The notes: generated by a model from the letters alone, not told the origin. A DNA stretch of 64,000 bases from Pseudomonadota bacterium (GCA_021815825.1 JAKAZO010000005.1:5790-69789); one strand, 5' to 3'; counted from the stretch's first letter, positions 1 to 10,760 are shown. Translations and numbers: made by a program.

Positions 1-1
1 C

Positions 2-718
2 GCGCTGGCGCCGCTGATCGGGCCCGGGACCACCATCGTCGCCGGGGTCAACGGCGTTCCCTGGTGGTACTGCGCCGGGCTCCCGGCGCCCTTCACCGAC
101 CGCATCGTCCACGCCGTCGATCCGGAGGGCGCGCTGTGGCGGGCGCTGCCGCCGGCGCAGACCCTCGGCTGCATCGTCTATCCCGCCGCCGAGATCGAGA
201 GCCCGGGCGTGATCCGCCACGTCTATGGCGACCGGTTCAGCCTTGGCGAGCCGGACGGCAGCCGCAGCGCGCGGGCGGGCGCGCTCTCGGCTCTGCTGAT
301 CGCGGCCGGGCTGAAGGCGCCGGTGCGGCCCCGCATCCGCGACGAGCTTTGGGTCAAGCTCTGGGGCAACATGGCGTTCAACCCGGTGAGCGCGCTGACC
401 ACGGCCACGCTCGACGTCATCATCGCCGATGCTGACACCCGCGCGCTGGTCCGCGCGATGATGCTGGAGGGCCAGGCGGTGGCCGAGCGCCTCGGCATCC
501 GCTTCGCCATCGACGTCGATGCCCGCATTGCCGGCGCCGCCGAGGTCGGACAGCACCGGACCTCGATGCTGCAGGACCTGGAACAAGGCCGGCCGCTGGA
601 GATCGAGGCGCTGCTCGGCGCCGTGGTCGAGATGGCGGACTGGGTCGAGGCGCCGACCCCGCTCTGCCGGGCCGTGCTCGGGCTCGTGCGCCAACGCGCG
701 CGGATGCGCGCCGGATGA
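2..718 (+). CDS. panE: 2-dehydropantoate 2-reductase (ketopantoate reductase), 5'-truncated by window edge
   Basis: The frame is open from the window start (ALAPLIGPGTTIVAGVNGVPWWY...) and continues into track ORF 209-718. C-terminal ApbA/PanE-type motifs are present: KLWGNMAFNP and RTSMLQDLEQGRPLEIE. Confidence 0.8.
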   Translation, partial: ALAPLIGPGTTIVAGVNGVPWWYCAGLPAPFTDRIVHAVDPEGALWRALPPAQTLGCIVYPAAEIESPGVIRHVYGDRFSLGEPDGSRSARAGALSALLIAAGLKAPVRPRIRDELWVKLWGNMAFNPVSALTTATLDVIIADADTRALVRAMMLEGQAVAERLGIRFAIDVDARIAGAAEVGQHRTSMLQDLEQGRPLEIEALLGAVVEMADWVEAPTPLCRAVLGLVRQRARMRAG

Positions 719-841
719 CCCGACGCGCGCGGACGCGCGCTGGATGAGACGACCATTCGGCGGCGAGACGGTGGCGTCTTGTTGCATTGCAGCATAATGT
801 CCCCATATCTTCGGCTCATGATCGACGGAGTTGGCTGAGCC

Positions 842-1816
842 ATGCGTCTCGCTTCCATTCCAGGCGTCGGTCGACACCAGCTCGAACGCGCGCTGCGTCA
901 CGTCACCTCATTGCTGGAGGTGCCGCCCGCCGCCGACCTGCCCCCCGCCGCGCCGCCGGAACTGGTCGAAATCCCCGATTTCGGCCCCAATCCAGGGCGG
1001 CTCAGCATGTATGGCCATGCTTCCGCCGGACTGGCTCGCGGCCGGCCGCTGGTGGTGCTGCTGCATGGCTGCGGCCAGAGCGCCGCGGGCTTCGCCGCCG
1101 GCTCCGGCTGGCTCGAGGCGGCACCGAAGCTCGGCATCGCCATCGTCGCCGCGGAGCAGCGCCGCGCCAATCACCATGGCGGCTGCTTCCACTGGTTCCG
1201 CGCCTCTGATACCGCCCGTGAACGCGGCGAGGCGGGCTCGATCCACGCCATGGTCGAGACCGCGGTCAGCACCTACGGCTCCGATCCGGCGCGGATCTTC
1301 ATCCTCGGTCTGTCCGCCGGCGGCGCGATGGCGGCGGCGATGCTCGCCGCCTACCCGGAGATTTTCGCCGGCGGCGCCATCATCGCCGGGCTACCGGCGG
1401 GGGCCGCGGCCAGTTTCGGCCATGGCGTCGCGCGCATGACCGATGCCGGCCCCCCGCCCGCCGCCGGCTGGGATGGAGCCGTTAGGGCCGCGGCGCCGCC
1501 GGGCCATGACGGTCCCTGGCCGCGGCTGACGATCTGGCATGGCGCGGCGGACAGCACCGTCGATCCCGCCAACGCGGAGAACCTGGTGCGGCAATGGACC
1601 GGCCTGCACGGGCTCGACGCCGCCGCCGGCCGCATCGACCGGAGCGGCCTGCGCCGTTACTGGGGGCATCCCGATCGCCCCGCGGTCGAAGCCTGGATCA
1701 TGCCCGGCATGGATCACGGCTTGCCCGTCGCCTCCACGCGCGCCGGCGGCTATTTCCTCGAATCCGACATCGACGCCACCGCCGAGATCGCCCGCTTCTG
1801 GCATCTGGCCGACTGA
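842..1816 (+). CDS. esterase of the PHB-depolymerase family
   Basis: ATG start. FGPNPGRL, LHGCGQSA and the nucleophile elbow GLSAGGAMA are typical of the esterase/PHB depolymerase family. Confidence 0.75.
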   Translation: MRLASIPGVGRHQLERALRHVTSLLEVPPAADLPPAAPPELVEIPDFGPNPGRLSMYGHASAGLARGRPLVVLLHGCGQSAAGFAAGSGWLEAAPKLGIAIVAAEQRRANHHGGCFHWFRASDTARERGEAGSIHAMVETAVSTYGSDPARIFILGLSAGGAMAAAMLAAYPEIFAGGAIIAGLPAGAAASFGHGVARMTDAGPPPAAGWDGAVRAAAPPGHDGPWPRLTIWHGAADSTVDPANAENLVRQWTGLHGLDAAAGRIDRSGLRRYWGHPDRPAVEAWIMPGMDHGLPVASTRAGGYFLESDIDATAEIARFWHLAD

Positions 1817-1843
1817 GCCGGGCCGGGCCCAGCCCGCGCCGGC

Positions 1844-2695
1844 TCAACAAGGCTCGGCGGCGAAGCGTCGCGATGGCGCGACGAGCTCCGCCTGCGCGGC
1901 GATCAGTGCCAGTTCCCGCGTGCCCGCAGCCGCCGTCGTCGCGATGACGCCGAACAGGCTGGAACCAGCTTCCTCCAGCGCCGCGCGGGCATCGCCGGTG
2001 CGCAGATGGTGGAAGAGGAACAGCGCCGCGAGCAGATCCCCCGCGCCGTTCGGCGTGATCGGCAGGCGCGGCGTGCGCAGCAGGAAGCGGCCGGCGGGTG
2101 CGAGCAGCAGCATGTCGATGTCGCCGCCTGGCGCGTCCAGGCTGCTCACCAGAACGATGCCCGGTCCCGCGCCACGCATGCGCCGGCGCAGCGCCGCGCC
2201 GGCTTCGATGGCCTCGGTCAGTGAATGGCATTGGCGGTTCGTCAGCAGACCGAGCTCAAACCGGTTCGGTGTCAGCAGGTCCGCCTGCGGCACGGCCTGG
2301 GCGGCGAAGAACTCGGGCAGTCCGGGCCGGACATAGACGCCCGGGCCCTCATCGCCGATCACCGGATCGCAGCAATAGAGCGCGGCCGGGTTGGCGCGGC
2401 GCACCTGCGCCAGCGCGGCGAGCAGCGGCGGGCCGGTCTCCGCCTCGCCGAGATAGCCCGAGAGCACCCCATCCACCGCGGCGAGGAAACCACGCGTCGC
2501 CAGCCCCTCGAGCACGGCGGCGATGTGCGCCGCCGGCAGCGCCGCACCACCGAAGCCGCCATGGCCGGGGTGGTTGGAGAACTGCACCGTGTGCACCCCC
2601 ACCACCTCGGCGCCGAGCCGCTGCAGCGGGAACAGCGCCGCCGAATTGCCGACGTGGCCGAACGCCACCCACGACTGGACGGAGACGATCCTCAC
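1844..2695 (-). CDS. pdxY: pyridoxal kinase
   Basis: VRIVSVQSWVAFGHVGNSAALFPLQRLG...TPNRFEL...GAGDLLAALF is collinear with PdxY (ribokinase fold). The start is set at GTG 2695 to match the short PdxY N-terminus. ATG alternatives at 2731 and 2794 would overlap the upstream SDR gene. Confidence 0.8.
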   Translation of the reverse strand: MRIVSVQSWVAFGHVGNSAALFPLQRLGAEVVGVHTVQFSNHPGHGGFGGAALPAAHIAAVLEGLATRGFLAAVDGVLSGYLGEAETGPPLLAALAQVRRANPAALYCCDPVIGDEGPGVYVRPGLPEFFAAQAVPQADLLTPNRFELGLLTNRQCHSLTEAIEAGAALRRRMRGAGPGIVLVSSLDAPGGDIDMLLLAPAGRFLLRTPRLPITPNGAGDLLAALFLFHHLRTGDARAALEEAGSSLFGVIATTAAAGTRELALIAAQAELVAPSRRFAAEPC

Positions 2696-2711
2696 CGGAC
2701 GCGGTCGGCCC

Positions 2712-3464
2712 TCACGCGCAGCGGCCGCCATCGACGGGAAGCAGTACCCCGGTGATGAAGGAACTGGCATCCTCCGCCAGCCACAGGCAGGCATTGGCGA
2801 TATCCGCGGGCGTGCTCATCCGCCCGAGCGGGATGGAGCCGATGAATTTCGCGCGGTTCTCCGGAGTATCGGGCACGCCCATGAACTGCTCGAGCAGCCC
2901 GGTCGCGCCGATCACGGGGCAGACCGCATTGACCCGGATATTGTCCGGCGCGAGCTCGATCGCCATCGCATGGGTGATGATGTTCACCGCGCCCTTGGAG
3001 CCATTGTACCAGACCAGACCGGGGCGCGGGCGGATGCCGGCGGTGGAGGCGATGTTGATGAACGCGCCACCCGAGCCCTGGCGGCGGAACACCGGCACTG
3101 CTGCCTGCGCCATCCAGTAGATCGACTTCACGTTGACATCATAGACACGATCGAACTCGGCCTCGGTCACTTCCAGCAGCGGCTTGTTCCGATGCGTCGT
3201 GCCGGCATTGTTGACGACGATATCCAGCCGGCCGAAGCGTGCGACGGTGGCCTCCACCATTGCCCGCACATCGGCGCCCTTGCTGACATCCCCGCCGACC
3301 GAAGCGGCATGGTGACCGAGGCCGCCGGCGACGCGCGCAGCGCCCTCCGCGTTCATGTCCGCCACCATCACGCGTGCGCCTTCGGCCGCGTAGAGCTTCA
3401 CGATGCCCTCGCCGAAGCCGCTCGCCGCCCCGGTGACGAGCGCAACCTTGTCTTTCAGACGCAT
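2712..3464 (-). CDS. SDR family oxidoreductase (FabG-like)
   Basis: TGAASGFG dinucleotide-binding motif, NNAG, and catalytic YNGSK (YxxxK). Confidence 0.85.
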   Translation of the reverse strand: MRLKDKVALVTGAASGFGEGIVKLYAAEGARVMVADMNAEGAARVAGGLGHHAASVGGDVSKGADVRAMVEATVARFGRLDIVVNNAGTTHRNKPLLEVTEAEFDRVYDVNVKSIYWMAQAAVPVFRRQGSGGAFINIASTAGIRPRPGLVWYNGSKGAVNIITHAMAIELAPDNIRVNAVCPVIGATGLLEQFMGVPDTPENRAKFIGSIPLGRMSTPADIANACLWLAEDASSFITGVLLPVDGGRCA

Positions 3465-3583
3465 TGTGACCTCCCTCGCCTTTGAGCCTCACGGAAGGCT
3501 AAGGCACGCGCGGTGCCGACGCAAACCAGCACCGGATTCCAACGGCCTCCGGCGACGGCCCAGCGCCGCCGGAGGCCGCCGGC

Positions 3584-4636
3584 TCACACTTTGGCGGCGA
3601 GCAGATCGCTCAGATGCTTCTCAAGCTGCGCCATCGCCGCCGGATCCGCGCCGAACAGCGCCAGATGGCCATCGATCGTCTGGATCGGCCGGAACTCCGC
3701 ATCCGGGATCAGCCGCCACTCCGCCTCGCAATCCGCGGGCGGAAAGAACATGTCGGAGGACATCGGGATCACGAACGTCTTGGCCTTGATACGGCCGAGC
3801 GCGGCGCGGAGGTCTCCGCCGGTATGGCGGCTGACGTCGCCGCGCTGCCATTTCCAGGCCTGGCAGAGCAGATCGTTCGGATCCATCGGGCCGAAATAGG
3901 CGTACATGAAGTTGATGATGAAATCGTCGAGCGACGAGAAGCCGAGCGCCTTGTGGCGGTTCTCCTGGAAGAACTGGGTGCTCCAGCCCATCACCGCCCA
4001 CATCTTGGCGTGGCGCAGCATCCCCTCGCGCACATCCGCCGGCGACGCGTAGAAGCCCTTGTTGAATCCTGGATCCGACGTGATCGCCTCGACCAGGGTT
4101 TCGGTGAAGAGGAAGTCGTGCACGGTGTTCCTTGCCGTTCCGGCGATCGGCGCCGCGCGTTTGACCATGTCCGGATAGCGCACGGCCCACTCATAGGTCT
4201 GCTGGGCACCCATCGAACCGCCAACGACGAGGGCGAGGCTCTTGATGCCGAATTTCTCCGTGACCAGCCGATGCTGCGCGCGTACGTCGTCGCCGATGCG
4301 CACGTGCGGAAAATTGGCCGCGCCGCCGGGCGCCGGCGTGTTGTGCGGCGATGTCGAGAGGCCGCTGCCGATCTGATTGATGACGATGATGAAATACTTG
4401 TCCGGATCGAGCGCGCGGCCGCTGCCGATATAGACCTGTTCCATGATCTTGCTGGTACCGGAATACCAGGTCGGGATCAGGATGGCGTTGTCGCCGGCCG
4501 CGTTCAGCGTGCCGAAGGTCGCGTAGGCCAGCTTGCAGCCGCGCAGCGTACCGCCCTCTTCCAAGTCGAGATTGCCGATGTCGTGCAACTCGTATGGACC
4601 GTGCGCATCCTGCGAGTAGTAGGCGTTATCGCTCAT
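3584..4636 (-). CDS. alpha/beta hydrolase of the homoserine O-acetyltransferase (MetX) family, probable ester hydrolase
   Basis: MetX-like N-terminus (LAYATFGTLNAAGDNAILIPTWYSGTS) and GGSMGA nucleophile elbow. It lies directly downstream of a BVMO gene, as in described BVMO/esterase pairs. Confidence 0.7.
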   Translation of the reverse strand: MSDNAYYSQDAHGPYELHDIGNLDLEEGGTLRGCKLAYATFGTLNAAGDNAILIPTWYSGTSKIMEQVYIGSGRALDPDKYFIIVINQIGSGLSTSPHNTPAPGGAANFPHVRIGDDVRAQHRLVTEKFGIKSLALVVGGSMGAQQTYEWAVRYPDMVKRAAPIAGTARNTVHDFLFTETLVEAITSDPGFNKGFYASPADVREGMLRHAKMWAVMGWSTQFFQENRHKALGFSSLDDFIINFMYAYFGPMDPNDLLCQAWKWQRGDVSRHTGGDLRAALGRIKAKTFVIPMSSDMFFPPADCEAEWRLIPDAEFRPIQTIDGHLALFGADPAAMAQLEKHLSDLLAAKV

Positions 4637-4698
4637 CGTTTCCCCCGTTTATGATTGATGCAGACGGCATCGGGCGACGACGCCCCTACCCGCCAGCG

Positions 4699-4794
4699 TA
4701 TCCCGAACCAGACCTGGAGCAACCTCCGATCCGCTGGCGCCGTTCCGGCCCGGGCGGATCGGAGACCCGTCGCTCCAGACTGATATGTTTCCAG
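4699..4794. repeat. copy 1 of a ~95-nt structured intergenic element (nested inverted repeats)
   Basis: Aligns with few mismatches to 26229-26323. Core sequence: GGAGCAACCTCCGATC...CCGTTCCGGCCC...GCGGATCGGAG...GTCGCTCC...TGATATGTTTCCAG. The inner stem CTCCGATCCGC/GCGGATCGGAG is 11 bp. Confidence 0.7.
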
Positions 4795-4839
4795 AGCACG
4801 ACCGTCCGACCTGATCGAACCATCAGGCCGGACCGTGCT

Positions 4840-4841
<2 letters not shown>
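4793..4841 (-). other. compound stem-loop overlapping the BVMO-1 stop codon
   Basis: Pairings are AGAGCACG/CGTGCTCT, GTCCG/CGGAC and CCTGAT/ATCAGG. No U-tract follows on the minus strand. Confidence 0.45.
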
Positions 4842-6456
<1,615 letters not shown>

Positions 6457-6501
6457 TTATTTCCCCCCATCATTTTTGCAAGCGGCCCCAACCGGGAACC
6501 A

Positions 6502-6523
6502 CTTGGCTCGCACGCAAGCCAAG
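6502..6523. promoter_or_regulatory. inverted repeat CTTGGCT-N8-AGCCAAG upstream of BVMO-1
   Basis: Perfect 7-bp arms, 46-67 nt upstream of the ATG at 6456, in an AT-richer gap. Candidate operator only. Confidence 0.25.
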
Positions 6524-6598
6524 CACAGAACCCGTCCATGATCCATGCGATTTTTCAACCGACCGGCGCGGGCCCCGGCCGCGCCCGGCCGGGGGGCT

Positions 6599-8146
6599 TC
6601 AGAGCCGCCAGATCGCCATCATGAAGCCGAAATTCGCCTGCTTGCCATAGGGGTAGTTCGCAGCGACGACGCTGCCGCCGAAGCTGCGCCCGAGATACCA
6701 GCTCAGTGACAGAGACTCGGCCACCTTCCAGGTGATTGCGGACTCGAGAACGGTCGCGAGCTGGCCGGCGCCGTGGCTGGGCCGCGGCTGGTACCCGAAC
6801 AGCGTGTTGTTCCACGCGCCCCCGCCGGCATACCAGAGGTCCTGCTTCGAGTTCAGCGACAGGTTGTGCAGATCGACGCGCCATTGCAGCGCGTCGGTTG
6901 GGAATGTCAGCAGCTCCAGCATCGCGTCATTGATGTTCTGCATATCGTAGAATGCGAAGTTGGCGAAATACCACGGCGTCGGCAGTATCTCGAAGAACGT
7001 GCTGTGGGTGTTGTTGTTCGCCGAATGATCCCCCGATGCCACCGTGTATCCGCCGCGCAGCCACGGCTTCCACGGGCCATCAAGCCAGTGGTAGCCGATC
7101 TCCGCATTGTAGGAATAGGAACTCTGCGTCTGGGTCCCCCAGGAGCCGAACTGGGTGGCGCCCCACAGCAGCAGGTCGAACTCGCCCGGTCCGGCGGCGA
7201 ATTCCCTGAGGAAATTGCCGCCGAGCGTGGTGATCCGCACCGGCCCGTTGCTTTGCATGCGCTGCGCCAGGCTCTGGTTATCGGGCAGCAGGATGCCACG
7301 GGTGTCGTCGTAATGGATCAGGAACAGACGCGCGAGCGCACGCTCCCAGAGCCAGCCCGGCAGCGCGCGGGGGCCGGCGTTGAAAGAGAGATAAGCGACA
7401 TCGACGCCGTTGATCTCGTTGTTGCCGTCGACGAGATAGGCGCCCTGGGTGGGCACGCCGTAGAGCAGCGTCACGTTGCGCGTGGCATCACCGTAGGTGA
7501 CCTTCGCACCATCGAGCGAACGGCCACCGACGAGCACGAAGCGCGAGCCGATCAGGCGCTGCTGGATCCGGTTCAGGACCAACCACTGCAGACCGGGATC
7601 ATCGGGCATGATCTCGGTGCCATCATTGAACTCATAGCGCCCGGCAACGAGGCCGAAGCCGCCGAACTTCGCGGGATCGAGTGAAATATACGCCTGCTTG
7701 AGAAAGATGCCGAGCGCATCGCGGCTGCGGTTGGCGTCGTAATAGGTCGCGCCGATCCCGGATTCGCCCTGCGGGTAAGGCGCCTTGGCATTGGTCGGCA
7801 GGTTGAACAGGCCCGCGCTGAGCGCCTCGGCATAGGCGGTGACGCCACTGTCGAAGTGATAGCCGAGCCCGACACGGACGAATTCCTGCGCGAAGCCGTA
7901 CTCGTTCTGGTACTCGTGCCCGTGCGTCGGCGTGGGCGTGTACCACTGCTCATACGGCGTCATGCCCACGGCCGTGCCGGTGATGAAGAAGGAGCCGGCT
8001 CCGACCCGCCCGAGATTGACCGCCGAGTCTTCGGCCCGCGCACTGCCGGGGAGGCCGGCCGACGCGGCAAGGATCGTACACAGGAAAAGCGTTCCGAGGT
8101 GTGCAGCCCAGCGGGACGCACTGGGCGCCGGCGAATCTCTGTGCAT
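6599..8146 (-). CDS. outer-membrane beta-barrel protein (porin / alginate-export-like)
   Basis: Sec signal peptide (LFLCTILAASAGLPGSARA-ED), alternating aromatic/Gly-rich beta-strand composition, and an aromatic-rich C-terminus. The family assignment is tentative. Confidence 0.5.
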   Translation of the reverse strand: MHRDSPAPSASRWAAHLGTLFLCTILAASAGLPGSARAEDSAVNLGRVGAGSFFITGTAVGMTPYEQWYTPTPTHGHEYQNEYGFAQEFVRVGLGYHFDSGVTAYAEALSAGLFNLPTNAKAPYPQGESGIGATYYDANRSRDALGIFLKQAYISLDPAKFGGFGLVAGRYEFNDGTEIMPDDPGLQWLVLNRIQQRLIGSRFVLVGGRSLDGAKVTYGDATRNVTLLYGVPTQGAYLVDGNNEINGVDVAYLSFNAGPRALPGWLWERALARLFLIHYDDTRGILLPDNQSLAQRMQSNGPVRITTLGGNFLREFAAGPGEFDLLLWGATQFGSWGTQTQSSYSYNAEIGYHWLDGPWKPWLRGGYTVASGDHSANNNTHSTFFEILPTPWYFANFAFYDMQNINDAMLELLTFPTDALQWRVDLHNLSLNSKQDLWYAGGGAWNNTLFGYQPRPSHGAGQLATVLESAITWKVAESLSLSWYLGRSFGGSVVAANYPYGKQANFGFMMAIWRL

Positions 8147-8310
8147 CGTTCCTCCCGCTCCGCAGCCCGTTTCCAGCAGCGGCTGGCAGGAATTCAGGGG
8201 CTCCAGCGCGACTGCGCCTTGATCTGGATCAAGGCGGCGGCCCGGGGCGCGAACCGCGCCGGACCATGCGCGTCACGCTCAATCGCCTGGCTCTGGGCGG
8301 AAAATCCCAT

Positions 8311-8337
8311 CCGATCCGCCACGGCCTGGCGGATCGG
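8311..8337 (-). terminator. intrinsic-terminator-like hairpin after the CitE-like gene
   Basis: CCGATCCGCC-N7-GGCGGATCGG is a perfect 10-bp stem. On the minus strand it is followed by AUGGGAUUUU. Confidence 0.5.
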
Positions 8338-8345
8338 ATGCAGCG

Positions 8346-9233
8346 CTACGCCACCATGCCCGCCTGGCGGGCGAGTGCGAGCAGGCGCTGCGCCTGCTTC
8401 AGGTGCGGCATGTCGAGCATCTTCCCCGCCAGCCCCACGACGCCGGCGCCCGGGGCGGCAGCAAAGGCGGCGACCACCTGCTCGGCGTGCTCGATCTCCG
8501 CCGCACTCGGCGTGAAGGCATCGTTGATCACCGGCACTTGGTCCGGGTGGATGGCGAGCTTGCCGGTGAAGCCGCTGCGCCGCGCGGCGCGGGCTTCCCG
8601 CGCCAGGCCGGCCGGGTCGCGAAAATCGGTGAAGACGGTATCCAGCGGCTCGACCCCGGCGGCCACGGCGGCGGCGAGGCAGAGCGTGCGGGCCAGGCGG
8701 AAGGCGTCATCATAGACGCCCGTCTCGGTGCGGTTGCTGCTGGCGCCGAGCGCGGCGGCGAGGTCCTCCGCACCCCAGGTCATGCCCGCGAGGCGCGGCC
8801 CGCAGGTGCCGTACGTGTCGAGGCGGAACAGCGCCCGCGCCGTCTCGGTGGCGACCGGGACGATCCGGATCCGGCCCAACGGAAGGCCGAGGCTCGTCTC
8901 CAGCGCGTCGAGATAGTGTCCGAGACGAATGATCTCTTCGCCACCGTCGGGTTTGGGCAGCACGATCCCGTCCGGTGCCCCAGGCACCACCGCGGCGAGA
9001 TCCGCGAGCGCCAGCGCGGTTTCGAGCGGGTTGATGCGAACCCAGAGTTGCTGGGCCGAACGCTCCGGATGGGCGAGCAGGAATTCGCGCACCATCCCCC
9101 GCGCCAGAGGCAGCCGCTCCTGCGCCACCGCGTCCTCGAGATCGAGGATCAGCGCATCGGCCGGCGAGGCTCGCCCCTTGGCAAGCTTGCGTTCCGCATC
9201 GCCGGGAACGAACAGCATCGAGCGCAGCGGCAT
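8346..9233 (-). CDS. HpcH/HpaI-CitE family acyl-CoA lyase (citryl/malyl/citramalyl-CoA lyase-like)
   Basis: MLFVPGD...ILDLEDAV...W(G)AEDL motifs of citrate-lyase beta-subunit-like enzymes. Confidence 0.75.
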   Translation of the reverse strand: MPLRSMLFVPGDAERKLAKGRASPADALILDLEDAVAQERLPLARGMVREFLLAHPERSAQQLWVRINPLETALALADLAAVVPGAPDGIVLPKPDGGEEIIRLGHYLDALETSLGLPLGRIRIVPVATETARALFRLDTYGTCGPRLAGMTWGAEDLAAALGASSNRTETGVYDDAFRLARTLCLAAAVAAGVEPLDTVFTDFRDPAGLAREARAARRSGFTGKLAIHPDQVPVINDAFTPSAAEIEHAEQVVAAFAAAPGAGVVGLAGKMLDMPHLKQAQRLLALARQAGMVA

Positions 9234-9244
9234 CGGATGCCCCC

Positions 9245-9697
9245 TCAGGCCGGTCGCTTTTTCATCAGCGCCGAGCGCCGGCAGGAGGCAACCTCCTGGC
9301 CACGCTGGTTGATGCAGCGATGTTCGAAAACGACGATGCCGGCATCGGGGCGCGAGCGGCTCTCGCGCCGCTCGAGGACGCGGGTCTCCGTGCGCAGCGT
9401 ATCGCCGATGAACACCGGCGAGGGAAAGCGCACCGTCTCCATGCCGAGATTGGCGATGGTGGTGCCGAGCGTGGTATCGCCGACCGAGACGCCCACCATC
9501 AGGCCGAAGGTGAACATCGAATTCACGAGAATCTGGCCGAACTCGGTGCCTTTGCAGAACTCGGCGTCGAGATGCAGCGGCTGCGGATTATGCGTCAGCG
9601 CGCTGAACAGCAGATTGTCGGTCTCCGTCACGGTACGGGTGATGTCGTGAACGAAGTGGCGACCTTCCGGAAGGTCCTCGAAATAGAGTCCGGCCAT
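9245..9697 (-). CDS. MaoC-like (R)-specific enoyl-CoA hydratase/dehydratase
   Basis: Hot-dog fold MaoC signature: [26 protein letters not shown]. The start was reset to ATG 9697 inside track ORF 9245-9859. Confidence 0.75.
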   Translation of the reverse strand: MAGLYFEDLPEGRHFVHDITRTVTETDNLLFSALTHNPQPLHLDAEFCKGTEFGQILVNSMFTFGLMVGVSVGDTTLGTTIANLGMETVRFPSPVFIGDTLRTETRVLERRESRSRPDAGIVVFEHRCINQRGQEVASCRRSALMKKRPA

Positions 9698-9791
9698 GGC
9701 AGGCTCCGCCGCAAGGAAAGCTGGAGCCTGACCATAGCAAGCTCCCAGGCGGGACGGCCAGCCCCGCCCGAGGAGCTGGCAGCATGCCAGG

Positions 9792-9974
9792 TCAGAGATT
9801 CGTCCCGATGCTCGTGAAGGTGGTGTTGAGATCCGAGCCCAGCGTCCCCAGCGCGCCAACGATAGCGACGGCGATCAGAGCTGCGATCAGCGCATATTCG
9901 AGCGCGGTCACACCACGCTCGTCGCGGCGCAAGCGCTTGGCGAGGGTGAGGATACGGAGGGTCGCGTCGGTCAT
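9792..9974 (-). CDS. Flp family type IVb pilin
   Basis: 60 aa. The leader ends at RG|[15 protein letters not shown], matching the Flp G/xxxxEY processing motif followed by a hydrophobic helix. Confidence 0.8.
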   Translation of the reverse strand: MTDATLRILTLAKRLRRDERGVTALEYALIAALIAVAIVGALGTLGSDLNTTFTSIGTNL

Positions 9975-10135
9975 GTCAGTGTGCCTCTGTTGCTGCCGGA
10001 TAGGTCCGGACGATCAGAACCGATTCTCAGCGCATCGAGGCATTTTGCCGTCCCGATCCGGGGCCATGGAGCCCCGGGCGTCGCCACGCGCAGTCGAGCA
10101 CGCGCATGATTAAGCAACGATGAAACGGCCGGCGC

Positions 10136-10657
10136 TCAGGCGCCGGCGGCGAGCACGTGGTGCGTCACGCTCAATTGCGGCGGGTTGCGCAGCGTCTGGT
10201 AGATGACGCAATAGCGCTCGGTCGTTTCGATCAGACGACGCACCTGCTCGGGCGCGGCGTCGGTATCCAGCTCGAAGCGCAGCGCGATTTCGATCACCCC
10301 CACCGGTGCGGTGCGGTCGATGGCCAGCGTGCCGCGCGCGTCCCACAGACCTTCAGCGATGATGCGCCCACCGCGGAGCTCGATCCCCATCGCGGTCGCG
10401 ACCGCCTTGAGCGTGACACCGGCACAGGCGATCAGCGCCTCGAGCAGCATGTCCCCCGAACAGGCCAGGCTGCCGTCGCCGCCGGCGGCCTGATGCAGTC
10501 CGGCCCGGGTCTCGCCGGCCCAGGACCGCACCACGCAGGCGACCTCCCCAGCCTCGATACGGCCCTCGGCGCGGGCCGGGATCCGGGCGCTGGCGGGATC
10601 CTCGCGGTAGCGTTGCTTCAGCGGCGCCTGTATCGCGCGCAGGGCGTTGGCATCCAT
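10136..10657 (-). CDS. OsmC family protein
   Basis: OsmC/Ohr-type fold pattern, with conserved Cys-containing segments LACSGDMLLEALIACAG and TERYCVIYQTL. Start reset to ATG 10657. Confidence 0.65.
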   Translation of the reverse strand: MDANALRAIQAPLKQRYREDPASARIPARAEGRIEAGEVACVVRSWAGETRAGLHQAAGGDGSLACSGDMLLEALIACAGVTLKAVATAMGIELRGGRIIAEGLWDARGTLAIDRTAPVGVIEIALRFELDTDAAPEQVRRLIETTERYCVIYQTLRNPPQLSVTHHVLAAGA

Positions 10658-10760
10658 GGTCCTGGTCCTTTCCTTGGCGTCCTTCCGGGCCTGCCGGCTT
10701 GTGCCCGTCCCCGTCACTGCCGAGAGGTTGAACCAGGATCGCGACCGGCGGCAAGCCCGG

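Noticed and set aside
4637-4839. Possible SAM (SAM-II) or other known riboswitch upstream of the MetX-family gene
   Set aside because: The sequence does not resemble the SAM-II, SAM-I/IV, cobalamin, TPP, glycine, guanidine or fluoride consensus features I can recall. In addition, the gene is more likely an esterase than a methionine-biosynthesis MetX. The region is reported instead as an unclassified structured repeat.
6573-6594. GC-rich hairpin CCCCGGCC-N6-GGCCGGGG just after the porin-like gene stop, considered as an intrinsic terminator
   Set aside because: On the transcribed (minus) strand it is followed by an A-run, not a U-tract. It may still pause or stabilise the transcript, but it is not supportable as a classical terminator.
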